Shown: positions 1 through 9,363, counted from the first letter of the stretch. The stretch is 20,000 bases of DNA from an uncultured virus (IMG/VR IMGVR_UViG_3300027782_000071) (IMGVR_UViG_3300027782_000071:54435-74434), one strand, 5' to 3'. The notes: a model not told the origin generated them from the sequence alone. Translations and numbers: made by a program.

Positions 1-267
1 AGTTGTTAATGTTCCAGAATCTCCACCATTAACATAAACAGTTCCATAAGTCGCAGCATTAATATTAGTAGTACCAAATCCAGAAGTTCTAAGTGTCCAG
101 TAAAATGCTCCAGGATAAACACTTAAAAACTTACCACCATTTCCAGATACAGATGGATATATTGGAGTACCAGTTAATACAGCATCTGCATAAGTCTTAT
201 TTGCCGCATCTGTTGTATTAACTACTGTACTAATACCAGTAATATTATTGCTGCCTAATATTGCCAT
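1..267 (-). CDS. 5' part of a third WxxRT-repeat (beta-propeller) tail/adhesin protein paralogue; runs off the left edge
   Basis: Not in the ORF track. Manual translation from the ATG at 267 gives MAILGSNNITGISTVVNTTDAANKTYADAVLTGTPIYPSVSGNGGKFLSVYPGAFYWTLRTSGFGTTNINAATYGTVYVNGGDSGTLTT, open to base 1. The N-terminus matches the 295..3021 protein (MAILGSNFITGITT) and carries the DAxNKxY tail-fibre motif. Confidence 0.9.
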   Translation of the reverse strand, partial: MAILGSNNITGISTVVNTTDAANKTYADAVLTGTPIYPSVSGNGGKFLSVYPGAFYWTLRTSGFGTTNINAATYGTVYVNGGDSGTLTT

Positions 268-288
268 TTATTCAACATTAATATAAGT

Positions 289-296
289 TATTTATT
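289..296 (-). promoter_or_regulatory. T4-type late promoter AATAAATA
   Basis: Plus strand TATTTATT at 289-296, 21 nt upstream of the ATG at 267. Matches the T4 late consensus TATAAATA and its cyanomyovirus form NATAAATA. Confidence 0.7.
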
Positions 297-3021
297 ACCA
301 CCAGGTGATCCTCACAAATCCATCGCCACCATTTCCACCATTCGCAAAAGTAGATCCAATGGCAGCACCTCCACCTCCACCACCTCCACGAGTTCCATTA
401 CCACCTGCGCCAGCACTTGATATACCAGCACCTCCTCCACCTCCACCAAAACCATAAGGAAGTGAAGTGATTGCAATACCAACTGCACCATTCGATCCTG
501 TATTACTTCCACCAGCAGAGAAAATAGTATTGCCATAGAAAGTAATCGAACCACCACCACCTCCTGCGGAAGATGGTGTTCCTGCTCCACTACCACCGCC
601 CGTTGATTGGAATGAGTTTGCCTGTGCCGTAGCAGACACTCCAACACCATTGATCGCAGTAACACCACCAGGGCCGCCAGCAGTTGTATAATAATAATTC
701 GTGATATTTGTTTGAGCAATTCCAGCAACACCACCAGCACCACCACCATTTGCAACTAGTGTATAAGTTCCTCCAGGGCCAGTCCATGATATTGTTGTTC
801 CTGCTCCTGCAGATCCAGAACTAGTTTCAGTTGTTGCTCCAGTTCCACCGACTCCAATATTTACACTTACATTTGAAGTTACTATAGATTTGGGAATATA
901 CCAAGAAGTATAAGAACCTCCAGAACCGCCAGTACCAGATAACTGAGATTGTGCAGTAATTAAAGATCCAGATACTCCAGCAACATAGTAATTATTATTC
1001 ACAGATATTGATGATCTTAAAGATTGTGTCGTATTAGAAGTATTTACTCTCCAAACTATAGCATCTGTTGAGACATAAACTCCTCCATTATCACCTGCCA
1101 GAAGATAACTCAAAGATGCAGAAGAATATGAAAGAGTATAGATTGAATCTCCAGAAAACCCTACAGTTCTTAGAGTCCAAGTGATTGCATCAGTTGAAGA
1201 GGTTAAGAATTTATCAGATCCTGCAGATACATAAACAGACCCATAAGTAAGTGTATTAATCGCGGAAGTACCGAATCCCGATGTTCTTAAGATCCAGGTA
1301 ATAGTATCAGTTGAAGTATTTAAGATTCCATTATTACCGCCAGCAACATAAACAGTTCCATAACTAAAGGCATTAATCGCAGTTGAACCAAATCCAGAAG
1401 TTCTTGCAATCCAGTTAATATTATCTGTAGAAACATTTAGGAATCCAATATCACCTCTATAGTTGGTTCCATGAGCAAAGGTATAAGAACCACCAGAACT
1501 TAGTAAAGTTACAGTTAATGTATTGAGTGCTGTAGTTCTTAAGACCCAAGTTATGCCATTAGTTGATGCTTGGAGACGGGCCCCAGTTCCAAATGAAGAT
1601 AAGATTGTTTGATTGGAAGTTTGTATGACTCCAGAACTTCCCCCAAAAACATATATGTCTTGACCAAAGATACTCGTATAAATGTCATTACCTGAAGGAG
1701 AAGTTCTCAATACCCATGCAATACCATCCGTAGAAGTTAGATTAGTTCCAGATGCACCAGCAGCAACATATAAGTTATTATTATGGGAAATGGTATAAAG
1801 ATTACTTACAGTTCCAGAAGTCCTAAATGTCCATTGTATGGCATTAGTAGAAGTTTCAATAAATCCCGAGTTGCCAACTATAGCATAAACAGAACCTACC
1901 GCAATATTGTTAAGCGTAGTGGTAGTTGAAGAAGTTCTGAATGTCCAGTATATGGTATTCGTCGAAGTTTGTATATATCCACTAATACCCGCAAGAACAT
2001 AGTAGTTACTACTCAGAGTACTATAGATTCCAGAATACACATAATTTGGATTCATTGGTACGGGACTAGTTCTTGTAAACCAACCAATACCATCAGTTGA
2101 AGTTGTTATTATTGCAGAAGCACTTAGATAAGTTGGAGTTGGTAAAGATCCATATAATACAGTATGTATTCCATAAATACCAGCAACCATAGGAGCATTG
2201 GTTCTTGTAGTCCATACGATTCCATTTGTAGAAGTTCCTGTTCCTCCGCTATTCGAATTATTAATGAACACATATAAATTATTCCCCAAAATAAGACCAG
2301 AACCAGCACCATTATTACCATTTCCAACTTGATTTAAAGGAGAAGAAATAGTTCTAAGTACCCAAGAAATAGTATCCGTGGAAGTTGCTAAATTTGAAGA
2401 ATTTCCACCAGCAAAATAAGTATTATTAGCATAAAGAGATGCTAAAAAACCATTACCAGTTCCAGAAGTTCTTAAGACCCAGGTAATCGTTTCTACTCTT
2501 CCACCAATCAAATGTTCATTATTAAAGTAAGTTGCACTATTAATATTGGTTGTTCCAAATCCTGAGGATCTTACAATCCAAGTGATTGTATCAGTTGAAG
2601 ATCTCAATGCTCCTCCTGCTCCAGAAATAACATAAGTTGTTCCACCTGATGTAATATTTGAAATCGTCGTCGATCCAAAACCAGAAGTTCTTAATGACCA
2701 AGTAAGACCATTTTTTGCAAAAGTAGATCCAGTTGTTCCAGTACTTCCACCACCTCCAGCACCAACTGCCTCAACATATAAAAGATTTGCCTGAGAAGGC
2801 ACTGTAAATGTTTGTGGAGATCCTGTTGTAGAAAACTCTTGATAGTTTGAAACATAATCCCATGAAACACTTGTACCATCAGTCGTAGTTAAAAACTCTC
2901 CATCATTTCCAGTTTGTGATGGCAATGTTGAAAGATTATCGACATAAGACTTATAAACACCATCAGTTCCCTGAGTTGCTGTTGTAATGCCAGTAATAAA
3001 ATTAGATCCTAGTATTGCCAT
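295..3021 (-). CDS. 908-aa putative tail-fibre/adhesin: glycine-rich domain carrying 14 STDxITWxxRT repeats (two putative 7-bladed beta-propellers)
   Basis: Long ORF with an AGGAG Shine-Dalgarno just upstream. The N-terminal KSYVD and EFLTTTDG..W fibre motifs are followed by a Gly-rich domain (FTVP..LYVEAVGAGGGG ... GGNGGDGFVRITWW) split by 14 BNR/Asp-box-like repeats of ~40 aa. Confidence 0.8.
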   Translation of the reverse strand: MAILGSNFITGITTATQGTDGVYKSYVDNLSTLPSQTGNDGEFLTTTDGTSVSWDYVSNYQEFSTTGSPQTFTVPSQANLLYVEAVGAGGGGSTGTTGSTFAKNGLTWSLRTSGFGSTTISNITSGGTTYVISGAGGALRSSTDTITWIVRSSGFGTTNINSATYFNNEHLIGGRVETITWVLRTSGTGNGFLASLYANNTYFAGGNSSNLATSTDTISWVLRTISSPLNQVGNGNNGAGSGLILGNNLYVFINNSNSGGTGTSTNGIVWTTRTNAPMVAGIYGIHTVLYGSLPTPTYLSASAIITTSTDGIGWFTRTSPVPMNPNYVYSGIYSTLSSNYYVLAGISGYIQTSTNTIYWTFRTSSTTTTLNNIAVGSVYAIVGNSGFIETSTNAIQWTFRTSGTVSNLYTISHNNNLYVAAGASGTNLTSTDGIAWVLRTSPSGNDIYTSIFGQDIYVFGGSSGVIQTSNQTILSSFGTGARLQASTNGITWVLRTTALNTLTVTLLSSGGSYTFAHGTNYRGDIGFLNVSTDNINWIARTSGFGSTAINAFSYGTVYVAGGNNGILNTSTDTITWILRTSGFGTSAINTLTYGSVYVSAGSDKFLTSSTDAITWTLRTVGFSGDSIYTLSYSSASLSYLLAGDNGGVYVSTDAIVWRVNTSNTTQSLRSSISVNNNYYVAGVSGSLITAQSQLSGTGGSGGSYTSWYIPKSIVTSNVSVNIGVGGTGATTETSSGSAGAGTTISWTGPGGTYTLVANGGGAGGVAGIAQTNITNYYYTTAGGPGGVTAINGVGVSATAQANSFQSTGGGSGAGTPSSAGGGGGSITFYGNTIFSAGGSNTGSNGAVGIAITSLPYGFGGGGGGAGISSAGAGGNGTRGGGGGGGAAIGSTFANGGNGGDGFVRITWW

Positions 3022-3031
3022 TTATTTTCTC

Positions 3032-5776
3032 CTATTGCCAACTAATACGAACATAACCATCACCACCATTTCCACCAAATCCTGGAACAGTGCTTGCACC
3101 ATCATATGCTCCACCACCACCACCGCCTCCACAAACTCCATTTCCACCACGGCCCGCCTTTGTTGCAGTCGTCGCAATCATATCTGAACCACTGCTCACA
3201 AGTAGAAAAATATTATTTCCAAAACACCCACCACTGACATTACCACCATTAACCCATCCACCAGTTCTTAAGTGCCAAGTAAAAGAATCGATAGATGCAT
3301 GAACATAATTAGAATTGCCAGCAGCAATATAAGTCCCACCACCATAAATTGAAGCATATGGATCACTACTTAAAGTTCTCACAATCCAAGTAATGGTATC
3401 AGTAGAAGTAGAAACACTATTACCACTTCTATTAGATGCTATAAATCTTCCATTGCCATATGCCAATGATGAAACATCGCCAATACCGCCTATACCCAAA
3501 GTTCTTGCAATCCAAACAATACCATTTGTAGATACATTAATCACTCTAGAAGCTGCTCCAAGAATATATTGATCATTATCATAAATTATAGAATAAATTT
3601 GTCCCGTTGTTCCAGCAGTTCTTAGTTGCCAAACAATGGCATCCGTAGAAGCAATTAGAGCACCAGAGGCGCCAACACCATAAAAAAATCCACCTTGATA
3701 TGACAAAGAAGGTCCAGAAAAAGTACTTCCAATTTGATTTGCAGTTCCAGATGATCTAAATGTCCAGTTGATTGAATCAGTAGAACTTCTTAATCCAGAG
3801 TTTCCATCAATCACATAAACACCATTACCATAAACTACCCCCAAAATTACACTAGCACCATAAGAAGAAGTTCTCAAAACCCAAACAATACTATCGGTAG
3901 AGAATCCCAAGCGGCCACCATCACCACCATAAATGTAATTTGATCCATCATAATAAGTCGTATAAAGAACAATACCACCGGTATTGGCAGTTCTTAATCT
4001 CCAAAAACTTCCGCCAAGAGCATTCGAACTTCCACCATTTCCACCATAACCATAAGAAAGTCCAGTAATGTTTGTTGCACTTGTACCATTCATATTTCTC
4101 TGATCTAATGTGGAAGATACAGTATTTCCATAATAGTTAATTGTACCTCCCAAAGATCCATAAGATCCATAAAAATTTGAACTATTTGTGTTAGAGTTAG
4201 AAACTGCTCCACCACCACCACCAGTAGTTTGAAAAGATGAAGTTGCAGTTGTTGCATTTGATGGTACTTGAAGTGCCTCAAAAATACCACCATTACCACC
4301 AGCAGTTCCAGCAGATGCTTGAAGATAATTTGATGATGCCGTTATTGTACCTCCTGCCCCACCAGGAAGTGATTGAGTTGAAGAGTTATATACATTAGTT
4401 CCAGCACTTCCACCATTTGCAGTTATAGAAAAGTTTCCTCCAGGTCCTGCCCAAGATACTACACTCGAATCTCCAGATGCTCCATATACACCACCTTTTC
4501 CAACTTTAACGGTTAATGTAGTGCCACTAATATATGCTTTTGAAATATTCCAAGATGCCGCTGCTCCTCCACCTCCACCACTTCCAGCAAATCCAGTAGG
4601 AGGTAAAGCAGCACCAATATATCCAGAATCACCACCGACAACAAAAGTATTATTGCCATATACCACTCCTTTCCAACCACTACCAAAAGCACCTGGTGAA
4701 GTTCTGAATGACCAAGTAACAGTATCAGTAGAAAAGAATATAAATCCAGCACCACCAACAGCATAATAAGTATTATTCGCAAAAGTTGTTGCATATAAAG
4801 ATTGTAAATAACTTACACTAGTTCTTGCAGTCCAAGTAACTGCATCTGTAGAAACAATTATATCGGCAGATGTACCAGTAGCAAAATAAAGACCATTTCC
4901 ATAAGATACACTAATATAAAAATTATTATTAACTCCAGTTCTAATTACCCAAGTAATACTATCTGTAGAAGTTTGAAATCTTCCAGAACCACCACTAGTA
5001 ACATATTGATCTCCAGCATAAAGAATTCTATATATTGCATTTCCGGTAGGATATCCAGAAGTTCTTAAGGACCAGGTAATGCCATTTGTAGAAGCAAAAA
5101 TACGAGCATCATTATCTAAACCAAGAACATAAATGCCATTATTAAATTCTAAAGCATTAAGTCTAGCAGTACTGGCACCTGTTGTTTGCATTGTCCAAGT
5201 GATACTATCAGTAGAGGTAATTAATTTTCCAGCATTACCACATACAACATAAAGATTTCCACTATACACGATAGAACCAATTGCAGTTGCACCAAATCCA
5301 CTTGTTCTCGTAATCCAAGTAATTGCATCAGTAGAAGCAAGAACTGCTCCACCATCAGTTCCTGCATAAAATACATTGTTCGCATATATCATTCCTGGAC
5401 CCTGATAATACCCTGAAATACTATTAGAATGACTAGAAGTTCTTAAAAACCATTGCCCAGCACCAGTGTTCACATAAGAAGATGCATCTCTAGTTCCTGA
5501 TGCTCCACTCCCTCCAGCACCCGTTGCTTCTATGAACAGTTGTTTTGCTTGAGACGGTACATTAAAGGTATACGTTCCAGCAGCAATATATTCTTGATAT
5601 GATCCTACTGGTTGCCAAGATGAAGTATTGCCATTAGTGGTTAAAAAGTTATTATCTTGATTTGTTATTGGTGGACCAGATGCAGAAATATCCACATATT
5701 GCTTATTTACGGCATCAGACGCATTAGATACCGAATCAATACCAGTAACTTGAGTAGAACCTACACCGACTGGCAT
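3032..5776 (-). CDS. 914-aa paralogous tail-fibre/adhesin: glycine-rich domain with two separate 7-repeat beta-propeller insertions
   Basis: DAVNKQYVD motif, then YTFNVP..LFIEATGAGGSG ... GGNGGDGYVRISWQ. Seven WxxRT repeats lie at ~4605-5455 and seven more at ~3170-4005. Confidence 0.8.
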   Translation of the reverse strand: MPVGVGSTQVTGIDSVSNASDAVNKQYVDISASGPPITNQDNNFLTTNGNTSSWQPVGSYQEYIAAGTYTFNVPSQAKQLFIEATGAGGSGASGTRDASSYVNTGAGQWFLRTSSHSNSISGYYQGPGMIYANNVFYAGTDGGAVLASTDAITWITRTSGFGATAIGSIVYSGNLYVVCGNAGKLITSTDSITWTMQTTGASTARLNALEFNNGIYVLGLDNDARIFASTNGITWSLRTSGYPTGNAIYRILYAGDQYVTSGGSGRFQTSTDSITWVIRTGVNNNFYISVSYGNGLYFATGTSADIIVSTDAVTWTARTSVSYLQSLYATTFANNTYYAVGGAGFIFFSTDTVTWSFRTSPGAFGSGWKGVVYGNNTFVVGGDSGYIGAALPPTGFAGSGGGGGAAASWNISKAYISGTTLTVKVGKGGVYGASGDSSVVSWAGPGGNFSITANGGSAGTNVYNSSTQSLPGGAGGTITASSNYLQASAGTAGGNGGIFEALQVPSNATTATSSFQTTGGGGGAVSNSNTNSSNFYGSYGSLGGTINYYGNTVSSTLDQRNMNGTSATNITGLSYGYGGNGGSSNALGGSFWRLRTANTGGIVLYTTYYDGSNYIYGGDGGRLGFSTDSIVWVLRTSSYGASVILGVVYGNGVYVIDGNSGLRSSTDSINWTFRSSGTANQIGSTFSGPSLSYQGGFFYGVGASGALIASTDAIVWQLRTAGTTGQIYSIIYDNDQYILGAASRVINVSTNGIVWIARTLGIGGIGDVSSLAYGNGRFIASNRSGNSVSTSTDTITWIVRTLSSDPYASIYGGGTYIAAGNSNYVHASIDSFTWHLRTGGWVNGGNVSGGCFGNNIFLLVSSGSDMIATTATKAGRGGNGVCGGGGGGGAYDGASTVPGFGGNGGDGYVRISWQ

Positions 5777-5777
5777 A

Positions 5778-6296
5778 TCAACTTCCCTCTAGTTTTTCTT
5801 TCAGTTTTTGTATTTCTATATTTTGTTCCTTGATTGCTTCAATTAATAGGGCAATAAGATTTGCATAAGCAACAGATTTTTTTTCATAATCTGGTGCGGG
5901 TCCTTTGGGATATACAATCTCAGGTACAATTTTTTCAACTTCCTGTGCGATTAAACCGATTTGATGTTCTCCATTGTCTATGCGGTCATATTCAACCCCT
6001 CTCAGTGCCAATACCTTTTCAAGAGCATTTTCAAGAGGTTTAATATTTTTTTTAAGTCTTTCGTCAGAGTTTGCAGTAACTGTTCCAGAAACAACAATGT
6101 TTCCTGCTGTTGTATTATTTGCAACTCCAACTCCAAGTCCACCAGAAATATAAGCACTACCAGTTACTTGAAGTGGTTGAGATGCTGTTCCTGTAGATGT
6201 TGCAGTTCCCACTAATATTGGTCCAGAAGTAACTTGAAGTTTATTATCAACAGTTGCATCACCATAGATTCTTGTACCAGATTTAAGTTTTGCCAT
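5778..6296 (-). CDS. Short tail-fibre protein with C-terminal peptidase S74 intramolecular chaperone (autocleaving) domain, 172 aa
   Basis: SDERLKKNI..LEKVLALRGVEY..IGLIAQEVEKIVPE..VAYANLIALLIEAIKEQ plus a coiled-coil tail is the S74/ICA signature. The start is reassigned to the ATG at 6296 (MAKLKSGTRIYG), which overlaps the upstream stop as TAATG. The ORF-track start at 6317 lies inside the upstream gene. Confidence 0.88.
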   Translation of the reverse strand: MAKLKSGTRIYGDATVDNKLQVTSGPILVGTATSTGTASQPLQVTGSAYISGGLGVGVANNTTAGNIVVSGTVTANSDERLKKNIKPLENALEKVLALRGVEYDRIDNGEHQIGLIAQEVEKIVPEIVYPKGPAPDYEKKSVAYANLIALLIEAIKEQNIEIQKLKEKLEGS

Positions 6297-9200
6297 TATG
6301 CCTGCGCCTCCGTCCAAGAAAGTCTTGTTGCAACGTTTGTCGCAGTTGCTGACAAATTAGTTGCAACAATTGTAAGTGTATCAGGACCATCTGGATAAAT
6401 TCCTATTCCACTTGTTGCCCCACCACCACCAAGAATACAATTACCTAAGTCTCGAACCTGGGTAAGATCAATGGAATTTGCTCCAGATCCAACGAAGAAA
6501 CCAGCAGTAACCTCACCACCAATTACCTGAACTCCAGTTGCTCCACCAACAGATGCATAATCAGCAATTTGTGCCAGACTTGAATTTTGAATATTAGCGA
6601 CATTACCAACAGCATTTGTCCAATTTGTTGCAGTACTTGGAGTTGTATTCAAAAATGCTCTTACAAGAATGTTAGAGTTTGCCGTAAGTGAAGTAAGATC
6701 GAGAGCAACAAGTTTTAACTGCATTCTATTAATTAATTCTCTTGTCCCAAATGATGCTGCAACACCATTATCAACTGATGGGGCAACACGAATTGCAATT
6801 AGTGCTCTTGTTGAACCAGTAGCTCCCGTTGCAGCAAGAGTAGTAATACCAACTTGCCCATAGGTAAAGATCAAGGATTTATCATCATCAAATCGTCCAT
6901 CCATAATCACACTTGTTCCCCAGTGAGAGATAGAAGGGCCATATGTTGGGAATGCAAGTTCAATGGCCGTTGGGTCAGTTGCTGAATAAGTAAATGTTTG
7001 CCCAACAGTTGCACCCATTGGAGCGATTGTTACTGTTGGATTTAATGCTGTTGATGCCTGACTTAAATAAATAGTACCAATTCCAAGAGCACTGACATAA
7101 GTACTTTCAGGAAAACCACCAATAACTCTTTGACCTACTTGTAAATTTGTAGTTGATCCAGTTGCTATATTTGATCCCAATGGAACTGTAAGAGAAAGAG
7201 AAGCATTACCTGGTTTTCCTCTTGTTAATCCAATAAATGTAGTTGTTCCAATACCAGTATAATTTACATACTCATAAGTATTTGCATTTCTTATAACCAC
7301 TGTTCCTGCACTAGGGAACCCTAATGTACTTGCAACACTTACCAAAGTATCTCCAGAGTTTAAAGTTGATGTTAGATATGTAGTTGCAGGAACACTTATA
7401 GACTCATACCTTGCTGGCAAATTTCCAGTTCTCAAATATGCTTCGGTATTTACATTATTATTGACCTGTTTGTGACAATAAATTACATTACCATCAGCAC
7501 CTCTAAATCCCCAACGAACAAATCCAGCACCATACCAAGAATAATCCAAGTAAAACATCTGCATCTTGGATAAATCAAGATTATAACCAGAAGGACCAGT
7601 ACCATCACACTTGTCAAGGTTCCATTGTGACTGTGGAATTTTTGTTTCTATAGTCTCCGAAATAATCACGAAGTCAGCAGTTGCTCCTCTATATGAAGGA
7701 GAAATCGTCATACTTGTATCACTTGCAATATCAACAACACGATATGACTGTCCACGAAGAACAATAAAATCACCAATATTTAATTGTTTTGAAAATCTAG
7801 TTGGAAATGTTTCATTTGTCTGTACTACAGCATTATTTCCACTTACAACACTCACTCTTCCCGAAAGTTGGAAAGTAGAGTTTCTACGAACTGTATAAAG
7901 TGTTTGACCATCAAATTCAAAAAAGATTCCATTTTGAGAATCAAATGCACCAAGACGATTAAAGCACCCATACCATCCAGATATATTACAAATATATGTA
8001 CCAGAAGCAATTGTTGCAGACGGTGTTGTTAATGGAGTATATTGAAAAGTATTATAACCAGTAACGGAAGTTATATTATAAGATCCATTATATCCAGTTT
8101 CATTTGCACCAGAAATTGTAATTGTGGTTCCTGGAGTTGATGCTTGAATATTATGTTGTTCTTTAGTTTGAACCGTAACAAGATTCGTTGCGGGATTATA
8201 TGTTAACGAATCAATTTGAAGATTTGGTTTAAGAGAAGTACCAGAACTAACTTGTATACCTTTGCCAGACTGATAACGAAAATATCTTCTTGTTTGACGA
8301 GTTGCTGATTCAAAGTTTGAAGATGCATTATTTGAAAAAATAACTCCACCATCAAAAGGGCGATGTAAAAATTGACCTTGCGGTCTTACATAAATTAAAC
8401 CACCAGTTGGAACTGCTGATGGGGTATTATTTGCATAATAAACAAATTGAGTTGAACTATTAATTGTTGTAACAACGAACGAACCATTTGCAACAGTTTC
8501 AGTTGTACCAATTACTGCAATCTGATTTCCAATTGCAAGACCATGAGGAACTGTTGTATTTACCGTAATTTCTGTTCCAGAAGTCCAAGCAAATGAAGGA
8601 GTACTCCCAATTGCAGCACTAGTATAAACAATACCATTATTAATTACTGTTTTATTCGGATCAAAAATATTTGTTACTGTTCCAGTATTTGTTGCTCTTG
8701 CCGTATAAGTAAAAATTGTATTGCCAACTCCACTATTTGTTTCTACAATGAAGTTACCATTTGCAATATTTAAATAACAATCCTGAACCGAAATTGCAGT
8801 TCCTATGCCAGGTGCTGCACCCTGCAATCCAACAGTAACAGTTCTTGAGTTTGTTGGAATATTAATAGAACTAATTGTTGCAATACCAATTGCAGAAGGA
8901 AATGAGAATGGACGATTATTAATCATCGCCAAGTTTTCCCACTTCGTAATTTGAGTACCATACTCAAAGTCAGTATCAATCAGTGCTTGTGCTTGAGATG
9001 TTCTAAATTTATTTACAGGATCAGTATAAATTTCTGATGGAGTAAACTTTTCATCGTACTCATCTACAATAATTTGAAGTTTATCTGTACTACTCATTGC
9101 GGCAGTACTATAATTCAATACGATTGTGGTTGTAGTTGTATTACCACCACCAGAAGTTAATACTGTATAAGCATTTGCTTTTAGATTCGAATCAGAAAAA

Positions 9201-9334
9201 TTATAGATTACTGTGTTCGTCGTCACATTGGTAATCAATATCAATCGTTCCCTCTGTATAGCACGAGGAATGACTATGGTATTTGTGGAAGGTGTAAATG
9301 TATATCCCGTTTCCAGTATTGCCTTTCTTGCCAT
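6296..9334 (-). CDS. 1012-aa virion structural protein (tail/baseplate-associated), cyanomyovirus-like
   Basis: Long Thr/Gly/Ser-rich, beta-rich ORF. The N-terminus YTFTP..ERLILITNVTTNTVIYNFSD resembles, from memory, cyanophage virion structural proteins. It has repeated TxxPHGL/EQHNI beta-modules and is preceded by a late promoter. Confidence 0.7.
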   Translation of the reverse strand: MARKAILETGYTFTPSTNTIVIPRAIQRERLILITNVTTNTVIYNFSDSNLKANAYTVLTSGGGNTTTTTIVLNYSTAAMSSTDKLQIIVDEYDEKFTPSEIYTDPVNKFRTSQAQALIDTDFEYGTQITKWENLAMINNRPFSFPSAIGIATISSINIPTNSRTVTVGLQGAAPGIGTAISVQDCYLNIANGNFIVETNSGVGNTIFTYTARATNTGTVTNIFDPNKTVINNGIVYTSAAIGSTPSFAWTSGTEITVNTTVPHGLAIGNQIAVIGTTETVANGSFVVTTINSSTQFVYYANNTPSAVPTGGLIYVRPQGQFLHRPFDGGVIFSNNASSNFESATRQTRRYFRYQSGKGIQVSSGTSLKPNLQIDSLTYNPATNLVTVQTKEQHNIQASTPGTTITISGANETGYNGSYNITSVTGYNTFQYTPLTTPSATIASGTYICNISGWYGCFNRLGAFDSQNGIFFEFDGQTLYTVRRNSTFQLSGRVSVVSGNNAVVQTNETFPTRFSKQLNIGDFIVLRGQSYRVVDIASDTSMTISPSYRGATADFVIISETIETKIPQSQWNLDKCDGTGPSGYNLDLSKMQMFYLDYSWYGAGFVRWGFRGADGNVIYCHKQVNNNVNTEAYLRTGNLPARYESISVPATTYLTSTLNSGDTLVSVASTLGFPSAGTVVIRNANTYEYVNYTGIGTTTFIGLTRGKPGNASLSLTVPLGSNIATGSTTNLQVGQRVIGGFPESTYVSALGIGTIYLSQASTALNPTVTIAPMGATVGQTFTYSATDPTAIELAFPTYGPSISHWGTSVIMDGRFDDDKSLIFTYGQVGITTLAATGATGSTRALIAIRVAPSVDNGVAASFGTRELINRMQLKLVALDLTSLTANSNILVRAFLNTTPSTATNWTNAVGNVANIQNSSLAQIADYASVGGATGVQVIGGEVTAGFFVGSGANSIDLTQVRDLGNCILGGGGATSGIGIYPDGPDTLTIVATNLSATATNVATRLSWTEAQA

Positions 9335-9355
9335 AATTAATGAATACCTTTGTTA

Positions 9356-9363
9356 TATTTATC
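9356..9363 (-). promoter_or_regulatory. T4-type late promoter GATAAATA
   Basis: Plus strand TATTTATC in a 31-nt intergenic gap, 21 nt upstream of the ATG at 9334. Confidence 0.7.

Noticed and set aside
312..4794. Small overlapping ORFs (Val/Glu-rich or poly-Pro) within the Gly-rich genes, also at 10410-11312
   Set aside because: These are frame-shifted or antisense readings of GGT/GGA glycine runs, fully nested in longer coherent genes.
950..5455. Propellers as Ycf48/HCF136-like photosystem assembly factors or sialidases (auxiliary metabolic genes)
   Set aside because: Only the generic SxDxxTW repeat is shared. The domains are embedded in fibre-type scaffolds, and no catalytic motifs were recognised.
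1..5776. Possible diversity-generating retroelement TR/VR pair among the repeated segments
   Set aside because: Differences between the repeats I compared are not adenine-specific and include many synonymous changes. No reverse transcriptase or non-coding template repeat is visible in the window.
5877..6053. Two A8 homopolymers (coding strand) in the S74 gene as phase-variation or frameshift sites
   Set aside because: They encode ordinary Lys-rich motifs, the frame is intact, and such runs are expected at this AT content.
6297..6317. ORF-track start for the S74 gene at 6317
   Set aside because: It overlaps the upstream gene by 22 nt; the ATG at 6296 forms a canonical TAATG coupling.
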